DNA of 62,048 nucleotides, the filler included. It is 3 parts of 3 records of this genome, joined end to end, with 100 filler letters (N's around TTAATTAATTAA, not from the genome) between each part and the next. Parts side by side here need not be neighbours in the genome. Positions count along the whole stretch, not along the records: positions 1 to 23,121 come from SRR2962707_3336; positions 23,222 to 54,774 come from SRR2962707_3337; 1 more part is not named here. The stretch is one strand, 5' to 3'. Positions within the stretch are counted from its first letter, which is position 1. Each line of letters opens with the position of its first letter. The position numbers and the translations under genes are program-made. Shown here piece after piece: positions 19,622 to 28,613 of the stretch. The notes beneath the pieces are model-generated. The model worked only from the letters and a program-made list of their open reading frames with translations. It was not told the DNA's origin and searched no databases.

Positions 19622-19729
19622 AAGATTAGTTAAATAGTAAAATAGTTGATTAGTTAAGTATGAACGAATGTGCAATGGCATACAAGAGGTCCTTTCAACC
19701 AAATCACTGATCAACTAATAAGCCAAGAA
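19613..19729. mobile_element. Putative empty/deleted four-helix-bundle cassette (inverted 8-nt arrays around a 16-codon mini-ORF)
   Basis: Left agattagt-taaatagt-aaaatagt-tgattagt; right tcaaccaa-atcactga-tcaactaa-taagccaa; same repeat type as the flanks of copies B and C. Mobility is inferred. Confidence 0.6.
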
Positions 19730-20821
19730 ATGAACATACAAATACCTGATCATATTGCCGCCATAAGAAGTTACCAGCCTGGTAAGACCATACCTCAACT
19801 GCAAGAGGAGTACGGATGGGAAAATGTGGCCATCCTTTGGAATAATGAAAATACGCTTGGGTATTCTCCAAAATCAAAGCAGGCAGTCATAGATGCTTAC
19901 GAATCCATTAATTACTACCCCGATCCTGTAGGCAGAGATTTAAAAAAAGCACTAGCTGAAAAGTACGGAAAGAAAGAGTCAGAGATCTTTTTGGGGAATG
20001 GTTCAGAATCCGTTTTGATGCAAACTATTCGGGCTTTGTGCTCCGGAGATGATGAATTCCTTACCTCTGAAGGTGGATTCGTTATTATCTACAATTGGGC
20101 ACGAATAAATAATGTTCGTTGTGTATCCATGCCAATGACCGAAGGTTATGGATTTGATCTTGAAGCAATTAAAAGCAGGATCAACAGAAACACCAAGATC
20201 ATCTACCTCGCAAATGTGAACAATCCTACCGGCACGATGATCACCAGCCAGGAATTGGATAGTTTCATGCAATATGTGCCTGATCATGTTCTTGTGATTG
20301 TTGACGAAGCTTATTTCGAATATTCCGAAGCGCTACATCCTGATTTTCCAAATTCGCTAAAAATGGATTATCCAAATATTTTAACCCTCCGAACATTCAG
20401 TAAGGCTTATGGTATTGCAGGGGTGAGACTCGGATTTGGAATCGGACATGAAAAGGTCATTGATGCACTGAATAAGGTAAAGCTCACCTTCGAACCAACT
20501 GCACTTGCTCAAGCAGCCGGGATCGGAGCACTTCAGGATACGGAGTTTTTGAAAATGTCAATAGACAACAACACAGATCAACTAAGATATTTCTATCAGG
20601 AATTTGATCGTCTGGGCATCAGCTATGTTCCTTCTTATGCCAATTTTATTATGACCGTATGGAAAGATAAGGATGAGGTCATGAAGGTGTTCAATGCTTT
20701 GATGGAAAGAGGTGTTTTGGTTCGTCCTCTTTATGACCCCATTAGTCACTGCATCCGAATTTCGGTTGGTAAACCAGAGGAGAATCAACAGTGTATTTCT
20801 GCTTTGGAAGAAATCCTCTAA
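19730..20821 (+). CDS. hisC: Histidinol-phosphate/aromatic aminotransferase (class II PLP)
   Basis: NEN, YPD, GNGS, NNPTG, DEAYFEY, RTFSKAYGIAGVRLG; start ATG 19730. Confidence 0.8.
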   Translation: MNIQIPDHIAAIRSYQPGKTIPQLQEEYGWENVAILWNNENTLGYSPKSKQAVIDAYESINYYPDPVGRDLKKALAEKYGKKESEIFLGNGSESVLMQTIRALCSGDDEFLTSEGGFVIIYNWARINNVRCVSMPMTEGYGFDLEAIKSRINRNTKIIYLANVNNPTGTMITSQELDSFMQYVPDHVLVIVDEAYFEYSEALHPDFPNSLKMDYPNILTLRTFSKAYGIAGVRLGFGIGHEKVIDALNKVKLTFEPTALAQAAGIGALQDTEFLKMSIDNNTDQLRYFYQEFDRLGISYVPSYANFIMTVWKDKDEVMKVFNALMERGVLVRPLYDPISHCIRISVGKPEENQQCISALEEIL

Positions 20822-20836
20822 CGCACAATACAGAAA

Positions 20837-20876
20837 TAAAAAACCCTGCTACCGAATTCTCGGCACCAGGGTTTTC
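20837..20876. terminator. Probable bidirectional intrinsic terminator
   Basis: aaaaccctg...cagggtttt stem between convergent genes. Confidence 0.65.
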
Positions 20877-20904
20877 GAAAATAAGTTTCTTATTCAGGAA
20901 GTTC

Positions 20905-21840
20905 TTATTCCTCCTTGTATACTTTGATACCGTTTCTCTCGATGATGTCTTTCTTAAGAATCTTGAAGTCATCGATCTCAGGATTCATTGTAATCGCTTC
21001 TTCGATAGCAGTAAGTGCATCCACGATCAATCCATTCTCTTCGTAGAATGAAGCGTAGATAACTTTATTAAGAGGGCTACTTTCATCGATCTCAGCCTTT
21101 AGGCTATTAAGACCTTCAGCAAATTCTTCTGAATTTTCAGGTCTTTTGATGGCAATATCACCAGAAGAAACATCCATGTTTTCTTTTGCTTTAACATTGA
21201 TGATCCAAAGGTTCTCATCATTTTGCATTTGCTCAGAAGTAAGATCAAGGTTGATTGAGTTAGCACTCACTTCTTCCTTCATGATTTCTTCGTCAAAAAT
21301 GTTCTTAACGGTAACAACAAATGTGTTCACTTCCATGCCTTCAGGTGTATCCCAGCTTACGATGGCATTGTCACCAATCACATTTGCTTCCTCAGTAGGG
21401 ATTAGCAGTTGAATGGTCTCATCACCAGCAAGTGCTCTGGATACCGCTCCAGTTGCATTAAGCCTTTGTCTGTAGTTAGGCTGCTCTTTCTCATTCATCT
21501 TATCAGCGAGATATTGAGCATATCTTGTAGAAACACTAGAAGTCTTAGTACTAACCAACTTTTCAAGATCTTCGACCTTTTTGGTACCAGGAGTTCTTAC
21601 CTCCAACGTCTTGCCAGACTTGTGCATTAATCCAATATAAGCACCTTGAGAGGCAATCAATTCATCTCCGGAACTCAACGTTGCACCTGTTTTTAAAGCC
21701 ACAGCTGCTGTGGTTCCTTCTTTTTTAATCTTATTCTGTCCCTTGTTGGCTAATACCCTGAAGGTATATCCTTGCCCGTTGGCAAAACCAAAAGCGAAAA
21801 CGAATAATGTAGTGATAGCGATAGAAACATACTTTCTCAT
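20905..21840 (-). CDS. Secreted hypothetical protein, C-terminus reminiscent of DUF928
   Basis: Signal peptide; beta-rich N-terminus; GAVSR linker; helical tail YASFYEENGLIVDAL. Confidence 0.6.
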   Translation of the reverse strand: MRKYVSIAITTLFVFAFGFANGQGYTFRVLANKGQNKIKKEGTTAAVALKTGATLSSGDELIASQGAYIGLMHKSGKTLEVRTPGTKKVEDLEKLVSTKTSSVSTRYAQYLADKMNEKEQPNYRQRLNATGAVSRALAGDETIQLLIPTEEANVIGDNAIVSWDTPEGMEVNTFVVTVKNIFDEEIMKEEVSANSINLDLTSEQMQNDENLWIINVKAKENMDVSSGDIAIKRPENSEEFAEGLNSLKAEIDESSPLNKVIYASFYEENGLIVDALTAIEEAITMNPEIDDFKILKKDIIERNGIKVYKEE

Positions 21841-21875
21841 AATTCTTCCAATATTAATTTGGCGTTTTCTAAAAT

Positions 21876-23120
21876 TTATAATCTTGATACTTTAAATAAT
21901 TCTTTTCTTCCTTCTTTGGACAGTGAGTTTTTCACTACCCCGTAAAATACTTCCAAGCCATCGCCTGAAAGGGCTACTGCGAACAGTAGATATGTAAGAT
22001 CCAATTTGACACTGTAATAATCCATCAGATAAATCATGATGTAAATAAGCCCTACAAACTCAATCAACTGAATCACCTTTGTGATTCCATCATACCACTT
22101 GGGGAGCTTCTTATAAATCCATGAAAACATCATGATGTTAACAAAGAGTCCAAAAAACATCAACAATATTTTCTGAAATTCACTCAACTGAAAGATATAA
22201 TCTTCATTCAAGATCATAGAAACAATGTTGGCATGGACAACTCCTCCATACATGTCTGGAAAGGCCCTTCCTATGTAAACTTCATTTAAGGGAGTGAAGA
22301 ACTTATCTTCGAAATTCTCCCTGTCTCCCAAGTACTCACCTAAGAAACAGAAAATAACCACTTTCCCTTCAATGATCTCCGGTACATAGTTGCTCGTGTA
22401 GACATCAGGCACATCCAAAGCATAATACTTATTACCAAACTTTGTAGCACCATAGTCAAGGACATTCCCACGATAATTAATCACTTCAACTTCATTTCCT
22501 CTGTCAATGAATTGCTGTGCCTTTGCTTCATCATAATAAGAAGCGAGTTTAACACCAAGTGCATGATGAGTTTTCCCACTCACATCGGTAAGCTGAGGAA
22601 AAAATTCCCTACACATTTTCAAATCTTCCTGCACTTCGGCATCTGTAATCAGATTCGCAAAAGCTGAATCCGAGTTCCATGTAAACATGGGGTAGGATGT
22701 TCTAAGAGAATCTGAAATATCATCTGAGTCAAATTCATTGAAAAGCTGGGTCACCATAACGAGGTTCTCTACTCTTCCCAAAGCTTCCATCAGCATGATA
22801 TCTCCTAATGTATCCTCATGAGGAAAATCGAAAAAGGTATCTACTCCTATAACCGCCGGGTTATGTTGATTGATTGAATCAATCATCATTCCAATACTTG
22901 CTCTCGGTTCCAATCCAATATTAACCAGCACCACACGTTCATCTGCGATTGGATCATCTAAAAGTTGAGAGAAGTAGATGTCGGTAAACTCCATGTCACC
23001 GAATGCCTCTCCAATTGGATCAAATATGTCAAAGACCTTAAACGCTGAAACCGACGCTAACATCAGCATCAGCCCTATTATAAAAAATGTTCCCAGGATT
23101 ACATCCCGCCAGAATCTTCT
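21876..23120 (-). CDS. CHASE2-domain membrane protein, 5' end cut by contig edge
   Basis: VVLVNIG, PAVIGVD.FF, INYRG, D.FFTP, MYGGVVHANIVSMIL followed by three TM helices. Frame is open to 23120 (RRFWRDVILGT...). Confidence 0.8.
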   Translation of the reverse strand, partial: RRFWRDVILGTFFIIGLMLMLASVSAFKVFDIFDPIGEAFGDMEFTDIYFSQLLDDPIADERVVLVNIGLEPRASIGMMIDSINQHNPAVIGVDTFFDFPHEDTLGDIMLMEALGRVENLVMVTQLFNEFDSDDISDSLRTSYPMFTWNSDSAFANLITDAEVQEDLKMCREFFPQLTDVSGKTHHALGVKLASYYDEAKAQQFIDRGNEVEVINYRGNVLDYGATKFGNKYYALDVPDVYTSNYVPEIIEGKVVIFCFLGEYLGDRENFEDKFFTPLNEVYIGRAFPDMYGGVVHANIVSMILNEDYIFQLSEFQKILLMFFGLFVNIMMFSWIYKKLPKWYDGITKVIQLIEFVGLIYIMIYLMDYYSVKLDLTYLLFAVALSGDGLEVFYGVVKNSLSKEGRKELFKVSRL

Positions 23121-23121
23121 A

Positions 23122-23221
23122 NNNNNNNNNNNNNNNNNNNNNNNNNNNNNNNNNNNNNNNNNNNNTTAATTAATTAANNNNNNNNNNNNNNNNNNNNNNN
23201 NNNNNNNNNNNNNNNNNNNNN
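23122..23221. other. Artificial contig linker
   Basis: N44-TTAATTAATTAA-N44 (stops in all six frames); abrupt GC shift and genes truncated on both sides. Confidence 0.98.
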
Positions 23222-23895
23222 ATGTTGCAGACCGTCATGCGGCCTTCCATGCTCAGCGAGCGGATGGCGCTGCCGGCGAATTCGATGGCATGGCCGGTAC
23301 CGCCGGCGGTGCCGATCACGCCGATGATGTGCAACACCACATCCTTGGCGGTAACGCCTGGGCCAAGGTCGCCCTCCACCTTCACCTGCATGTTTTTCAT
23401 CTTTTTGGCCACCAGGGTCTGGGTGGCGAGCACATGCTCCACCTCACTGGTGCCAATACCGTGAGCCAGACAGGCCAGCGCGCCATTGGTGGAGGTGTGG
23501 GAATCGCCACACACCACGGTCATGCCCGGCACCACCGCGCCCTGCTCCGGCGCCATCACGTGCACGATGCCCTGACGCACGTCACCGATACCGAACTCGG
23601 TGATACCGAACTCGCGGGTGTTGTCCTGCAGCGTCTGCACCTGAATGCGCGAGGTCTCGTCGGTGATATCGGCGGCGCTCTTGAACGGCGTGGTCGGCAC
23701 ATTGTGGTCGATGGTCGCCACCGCCGCGCCGGTCCGCCAGGGCTGCCGCCCGGCCAGACGCAGCCCTTCGAAGGCCTGCGGCGAGGTCACTTCGTGGATG
23801 ATGTGACGATCGATGTAGATCAACGCCGATCCGTCTTCCCGCTGGGCGACGAGATGGGCGTCCCACAACTTGTCGTAGAGGGTCTTGCCTGCCAT
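23222..23895 (-). CDS. leuC: 3-isopropylmalate dehydratase large subunit, 3' truncated
   Basis: [39 protein letters not shown]. Confidence 0.96.
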
Positions 23896-23925
23896 TGATG
23901 CTTCTCCTGGAGCCTTGGGGGGCTG

Positions 23926-24133
23926 AGCCCGGATATCTCACCAGTCCGCACTTAACATCGGACCGATGAGAGAGATATCGCCGCTATGCTTGGCACGCAT
24001 CAGACGGCCCTAAAGCGCAGCTGATGTTCCCGAGCCGCTGGACCAGGCCCCGGCCTGGCACGGCGCGCCCCGGAAACATCAGCTGCGCTTTATGACTCGC
24101 CTGCTACGCACCAACTGGTGAGATATCCGGGCT
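23926..24133. mobile_element. MITE-like 208-bp element with perfect 20-bp terminal inverted repeats
   Basis: agcccggatatctcaccagt (23926-23945) / actggtgagatatccgggct (24114-24133); internal perfect 18-bp IR at 24011-24028 / 24075-24092. No clear target duplication. Confidence 0.6.
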
Positions 24134-24160
24134 GTTAATGACCACACCCTACGCGGGGGC

Positions 24161-24211
24161 ATAAGATAAATCCAATTCATCTTTTTTATGGTTTGGATTC
24201 CCATGAGTTAT
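24161..24211. promoter_or_regulatory. Probable LysR boxes in the divergent leuC/LysR promoter
   Basis: AT-rich patch with T-N11-A motifs (ataagataaatccaat; attcccatgagttat). Confidence 0.4.
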
Positions 24212-24309
24212 CTGAGAGGATAAGAGACCGAAGGGCTGGGTAGTTTGTGGTGACTCCGAACCGCCGCCCTGCCCGCCCTAATTCCTCGATACCGGAGGCA
24301 GCCCACCCC

Positions 24310-25176
24310 ATGGATACCCAATCCTTGCAAGCCTTCATGGCCGTGGCCGAGAGCGGCTCCTTTTCCGGCGCGGCGGAGCGGCTGTTCCTGACCCAGCCGG
24401 CGGTGAGCAAACGCATCGCGGTGCTGGAACAGCAATTGGGGGCGCGCCTGTTCGACCGGGTTGGACGGCGTATCCGCCTCACCGAAGCCGGCGAGGCGCT
24501 GTTACCCCGGGCGCGGAAAGTGCTTCAGGAACTGGAGGACATGGGCCGCGCCATCAACAACCTCACCGGCGAAGTCAGCGGCACCCTGCGCATCGGCACC
24601 AGCCACCATATCGGCCTGCATCGCCTGCCACCGGTGCTGCGGCGTTTCTCCCGGGAGTACCCACAGGTGCGCCTGGACATCCATTTCATCGATTCCGAGG
24701 AAGCCTGGGAGGCGGTGCTGCACGGGGATCTGGAGATGGGGGTGGTGACCCTGCCGCCGCAGCCGGATACCCGCCTGCACAGCCAGGTGATCTGGGACGA
24801 CCCGCTGGTGTTCATGTGCGCGCCGGAACACCCGCTGGCCCGGCAAGCGGATCTCACCCTGGAAACCCTGACCCGCTTCAGCGCCATCCTGCCCTCTCCA
24901 GTGACCTTCACCCGCCGCATCGTCGAACGGCTGTTCCAGGAACACGGCCTGGCGCTGAACATCTCCATGTCCACCAATTATCTGGAGACCATCCATATGA
25001 TGGTCTCCATCGGCCTGGGCTGGAGCGTGCTGCCGGCCACCATGCTGGACCAGAGCGTGATCGAACTGGCGGTGGACACCCCCCTGCCGGAACGCAAACT
25101 GGGCGTGGTGACGCATCCCGGGCGGAGCCGGTCCAATGCGGCACGGGCCTTCCTTGAAGCAATCGATAGTGAATAG
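24310..25176 (+). CDS. LysR family transcriptional regulator divergent from leuC
   Basis: F.AVAE.GSFS.AAERLFLTQPAVSKRI..LE HTH; start ATG 24310. Confidence 0.93.
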   Translation: MDTQSLQAFMAVAESGSFSGAAERLFLTQPAVSKRIAVLEQQLGARLFDRVGRRIRLTEAGEALLPRARKVLQELEDMGRAINNLTGEVSGTLRIGTSHHIGLHRLPPVLRRFSREYPQVRLDIHFIDSEEAWEAVLHGDLEMGVVTLPPQPDTRLHSQVIWDDPLVFMCAPEHPLARQADLTLETLTRFSAILPSPVTFTRRIVERLFQEHGLALNISMSTNYLETIHMMVSIGLGWSVLPATMLDQSVIELAVDTPLPERKLGVVTHPGRSRSNAARAFLEAIDSE

Positions 25177-25347
25177 TTAACAGCGATGACGGCAGTGAAT
25201 AGTTAACAGTTAACAGTTAACAGTGAATAGCGAAAGTCAAAAGCAAAGAGGCCGCACCCAAGCACTGGACGCGGCCTCTTTTGCTTTCAGCGCAAGTCAC
25301 CCTCTCCCGCGCCGCTGTTAACTATTCATTGTTCCCTATTCACTGCC
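25166..25347. repeat. Heptamer inverted-array element with central terminator-like hairpin, copy 1
   Basis: Left (tgaatag/ttaacag)n at 25166-25230; hairpin aaagaggccgc...gcggcctcttt at 25245-25281; right (ctgttaa/ctattca)n at 25315-25347. Confidence 0.85.
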
Positions 25348-26442
25348 TTTTCCGCCGGGAATCGGCGACAAGGGCGCCACCACATCCCCATTCTGCGCCC
25401 GGTGGCGCAGGTAGTGGTCCATCAGCACCAGGGCCATCATGGCTTCGGCGATGGGGGTGGCGCGCACGCCGACGCAGGGGTCGTGGCGGCCCTTGGTGAC
25501 CACTTCGGTGGGCTGGCCGTCCAGGGTGAGGCTGCGGCCCGGGATCAGGATGCTGGAAGTGGGCTTGAGGGCGATGCTGGCGCGCAGGCGCTGGCCGGAG
25601 CTGATGCCGCCGAGGACGCCGCCGGCATGGTTGCTGACGAAGCCTTCCGGAGTCATCTCGTCGCGATGCTGTTCGCCGCGCTGGTTGACCACCTCGAAGC
25701 CGTCGCCCACTTCCACCGCCTTCACCGCGTTGATCGACATCAGAGCCTTGGCCAGATCCGCGTCGAGGCGGTCGAACACTGGCTCACCCCAGCCCGGCGG
25801 CACACCGTCGGCGAACACCGTGACCCGGGCGCCAATGGAAGATCCGTCCTTGCGCAGGGCGTTGATCAGCGCCTCCAGCTCCGGCACTTTGGCGGCGTCC
25901 GGAAAGAAGAACGGATTATCGTTGACCGTGCTCCAGTCAAACTGTTCGGCACGGATATCGCCGATCTGCTCGACGCCGCCGAAAATCCGCACCCCGATCC
26001 GCTCGGCCAGAAATTTGCGGGCGATGGCGCCGGCGGCTACGCGCATGGCGGTTTCCCGGGCGGAGGAGCGTCCGCCGCCGCGGTAATCACGGAAGCCGTA
26101 CTTCTGGGTGTAGGTGTAGTCGGCGTGACCGGGACGGAAGGTATTGGCGATCTCGCTGTAATCCTTGGACTTCTGATCGGTGTTTTCGATCAGCAAGCCG
26201 ATCGGCGTGCCGGTGGTCTTGCCTTCGAACACGCCGGAAAGGATGCGCACCTGATCCGGTTCGCGTCGCTGGGTGGTGTAACGGCTGGTGCCGGGTTTAC
26301 GCCGATCCAGCTCACCCTGCAGGTCCTCCTCGCTCAACGCCAGCCCCGGCGGGCAGCCGTCGACGATGGCCCCGAGCGCCGGGCCGTGACTCTCACCAAA
26401 GGTGGTCACCCGAAACCGTTCACCAAAACTGTTCCCAGACAT
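25336..26442 (-). CDS. aroC: Chorismate synthase
   Basis: [30 protein letters not shown]. Confidence 0.97.
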   Translation of the reverse strand: MSGNSFGERFRVTTFGESHGPALGAIVDGCPPGLALSEEDLQGELDRRKPGTSRYTTQRREPDQVRILSGVFEGKTTGTPIGLLIENTDQKSKDYSEIANTFRPGHADYTYTQKYGFRDYRGGGRSSARETAMRVAAGAIARKFLAERIGVRIFGGVEQIGDIRAEQFDWSTVNDNPFFFPDAAKVPELEALINALRKDGSSIGARVTVFADGVPPGWGEPVFDRLDADLAKALMSINAVKAVEVGDGFEVVNQRGEQHRDEMTPEGFVSNHAGGVLGGISSGQRLRASIALKPTSSILIPGRSLTLDGQPTEVVTKGRHDPCVGVRATPIAEAMMALVLMDHYLRHRAQNGDVVAPLSPIPGGKGSE

Positions 26443-26469
26443 TCGTGCTCCTCGATCAGGGGTCGCCGG

Positions 26470-27396
26470 TCAGCCGGCGAAATACTCACGATGGTCGACC
26501 AATTGTTGCCGTGTCAGCAGAAAAACGCCATGGCCGCCGCGCTCGAACTCCAGCCACAGGAACGGCACCTCCGGCCAGGCCGCCATCACGTGCTGGTCGC
26601 TGTTGCCCACCTCCACGATCAGCACACCGTCATCGCTCAGATAATCGGCGGCCTCGGCCAGAATACGGCGGGTGAAGTCCAGACCATCGGCGCCGGAGCC
26701 CAGTGCCAGTTCCGGCTCGTGGTGGAATTCCTCTGGCATGGCGGCGAGATCGGCGGCGTCCACGTAAGGCGGGTTGGAGACGATCAGATCATAACGCCCC
26801 CGCAAGCCGTCAAAGCCATCCGAAAGCACCGCCCGCACCCGGTCACCAAGGCCGTAGTGATCGATATTGGCCTGGCACACCGCCAGGGCGTCGGCGGAAA
26901 TATCACTGGCATCCACCTCGGCGTCTTCCATCGCCATGGCCATGGCGATGGCGATACAGCCGCCCCCGGTGCACAAATCCAGTGCACGCAACGGCTGGTC
27001 CGGATCAAGCCAGGGCTGGAAACCGGCTTCGATCAGTTCGGCGATCGGCGAACGGGGGATCAGCACCCGCTCGTCCACCTGGAACGGCAGACCGCAAAAC
27101 CAGGCCTGGCCGGTCAAATACGGCGTCGGCACCCGCTCGTTGACGCGGCGCGCCAGCAGGGCCACGAAGGCTTCCAGTTCATGGGGCAGCAAACGGGCAT
27201 CGAGCATGCGGGGGTCGGTGTCGTGGGGCAGCGCCAGCACATGCAGCAGCAGCGCCAGCGCCTCGTCGCCATGGTCGTCGGTGCCGTGGCCCAGAAACAC
27301 CCCGCCGCGACGCAGGCAGCTCTCGCCCCAACGCAGACAATCCCGGGGCGTGCGCAGGGTGGCCAGGGCCTGTTGTTGCTGAATCTCGTCGATCAC
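26470..27396 (-). CDS. prmB: 50S ribosomal protein L3 N5-glutamine methyltransferase
   Basis: [40 protein letters not shown]; directly upstream of aroC. Confidence 0.95.
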   Translation of the reverse strand: MIDEIQQQQALATLRTPRDCLRWGESCLRRGGVFLGHGTDDHGDEALALLLHVLALPHDTDPRMLDARLLPHELEAFVALLARRVNERVPTPYLTGQAWFCGLPFQVDERVLIPRSPIAELIEAGFQPWLDPDQPLRALDLCTGGGCIAIAMAMAMEDAEVDASDISADALAVCQANIDHYGLGDRVRAVLSDGFDGLRGRYDLIVSNPPYVDAADLAAMPEEFHHEPELALGSGADGLDFTRRILAEAADYLSDDGVLIVEVGNSDQHVMAAWPEVPFLWLEFERGGHGVFLLTRQQLVDHREYFAG

Positions 27397-27561
27397 CTGA
27401 GGACCTCCACGAATGGGCGCGCAAGATTAGCATAGAACGGCGCGGGATGGAGGATCACGGTCCGCCGGCCACCCACATAGCACTTTCACCGGATTGATTT
27501 CCCGAGCCCACCTGCGCCACTCTCATAAGATTGCCCAAAATAAGCAGGATGCGATAACCCC

Positions 27562-27975
27562 ATGCCCTTCCTCACCGTCCGTCAGGACGGCCCCCTGACC
27601 CTGGTCGAACTGCCCGATGGCATTGATGTGGATCCGGCGGTGCAGTGGCGTATCTACCGTCAGCGGCTGGCGCTGTTTCACACGCATGGAGAACTGCGTC
27701 AACGCGTGATCTACTACGGTAATATCGGCAGCCTCGACATGCGTGCCGCGCGCTTTGCCTGCGGCGCCGATTTCGCGCGGATCACCGCGCACAAGGTCAT
27801 CGTGCTGGAAAGCGCGCTTAACCGAACCTTCGCGCACATGATGCTGACGCTCAATAAGCCGGCATTCACCGTCAGCACGGCGTTATCGCTGGAACAGGCG
27901 AGAACCCGGCTGCTCAGCGAGCTTCCCGCCGACGCGGGGGATAGTACCCTTGCCGCCAGTATCAAAGGCAGGTAG
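27562..27975 (+). CDS. Hypothetical protein
   Basis: 137-aa ORF with host-like codon usage filling the intergenic space. Confidence 0.55.
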   Translation: MPFLTVRQDGPLTLVELPDGIDVDPAVQWRIYRQRLALFHTHGELRQRVIYYGNIGSLDMRAARFACGADFARITAHKVIVLESALNRTFAHMMLTLNKPAFTVSTALSLEQARTRLLSELPADAGDSTLAASIKGR

Positions 27976-28043
27976 TAAAGAAAAAGTGGCCGCTGCCCAT
28001 AATAATCACGCCCTCTTTTTTCGCCGACACTGATGAGGAAGCC

Positions 28044-28535
28044 ATGCGCATCTGGTTATTCAAAACCGAACCCGACGCCTTCAGCCTGGACGACTTGCAA
28101 GATGCTCCGGACGGCACCTCCGGCTGGGATGGCGTACGCAACTACCAGGCCCGCAACCGCTTGCGCGATGAGGTGAGCAACGGCGACCGCGTTCTGATTT
28201 ACCACTCCAGCTGCAAAGTGCCCGCCATCGTCGGCGAGGCGGAAGTCGTCTCCGACGCCTATCCGGATCCCACCCAGTTCAGCGCCGGCCATCCCGGCGA
28301 GGACAGTCGCAGCCGCCCCGACCAGCCCCGCTGGTATCAGGTGGATGTACGCTACCACCGCCACTTTCCCGAACCGCTCTCCCTGGCCACCATCCGTGAT
28401 CACGCGGAGTTCGCCGACATGGAGCTGGTGACCCGCCCACGGCTGTCGATCCAGCAGATAACGGATCGTCAGTACCAGCAGATTCTGGCGCTGTGCGGAG
28501 CCGATGAGCCGCGGTCCGCCACGGGCGCGGCCTGA
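28044..28535 (+). CDS. EVE domain protein
   Basis: WLFKTEP..FS..DL, WDGVRNYQARN, YHSSC, RLSIQ. Confidence 0.93.
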   Translation: MRIWLFKTEPDAFSLDDLQDAPDGTSGWDGVRNYQARNRLRDEVSNGDRVLIYHSSCKVPAIVGEAEVVSDAYPDPTQFSAGHPGEDSRSRPDQPRWYQVDVRYHRHFPEPLSLATIRDHAEFADMELVTRPRLSIQQITDRQYQQILALCGADEPRSATGAA

Positions 28536-28613
28536 CCAGGAGGGAGGCGGTTTCACTCGCCACCGTTTCCTCCGGTATGCTTAAGTAAGAAAAACAACGC
28601 AGTGGGGCACTTT

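Noticed and set aside
19670-19729. Extended N-terminus of hisC from GTG 19670
   Set aside because: Encoded largely by repeat-array sequence; ATG 19730 fits the family length better.
23100-23240. Genomic island or horizontal-transfer boundary at the GC shift
   Set aside because: Coincides with an artificial N/TTAATTAATTAA linker.
25402-27435. 677-aa plus-strand ORF
   Set aside because: Antisense shadow of aroC and prmB, expected in GC-rich DNA; no recognisable motifs.
28044-28535. EVE domain as part of a modification-dependent restriction system
   Set aside because: Stand-alone, with no nuclease or ATPase partner nearby.
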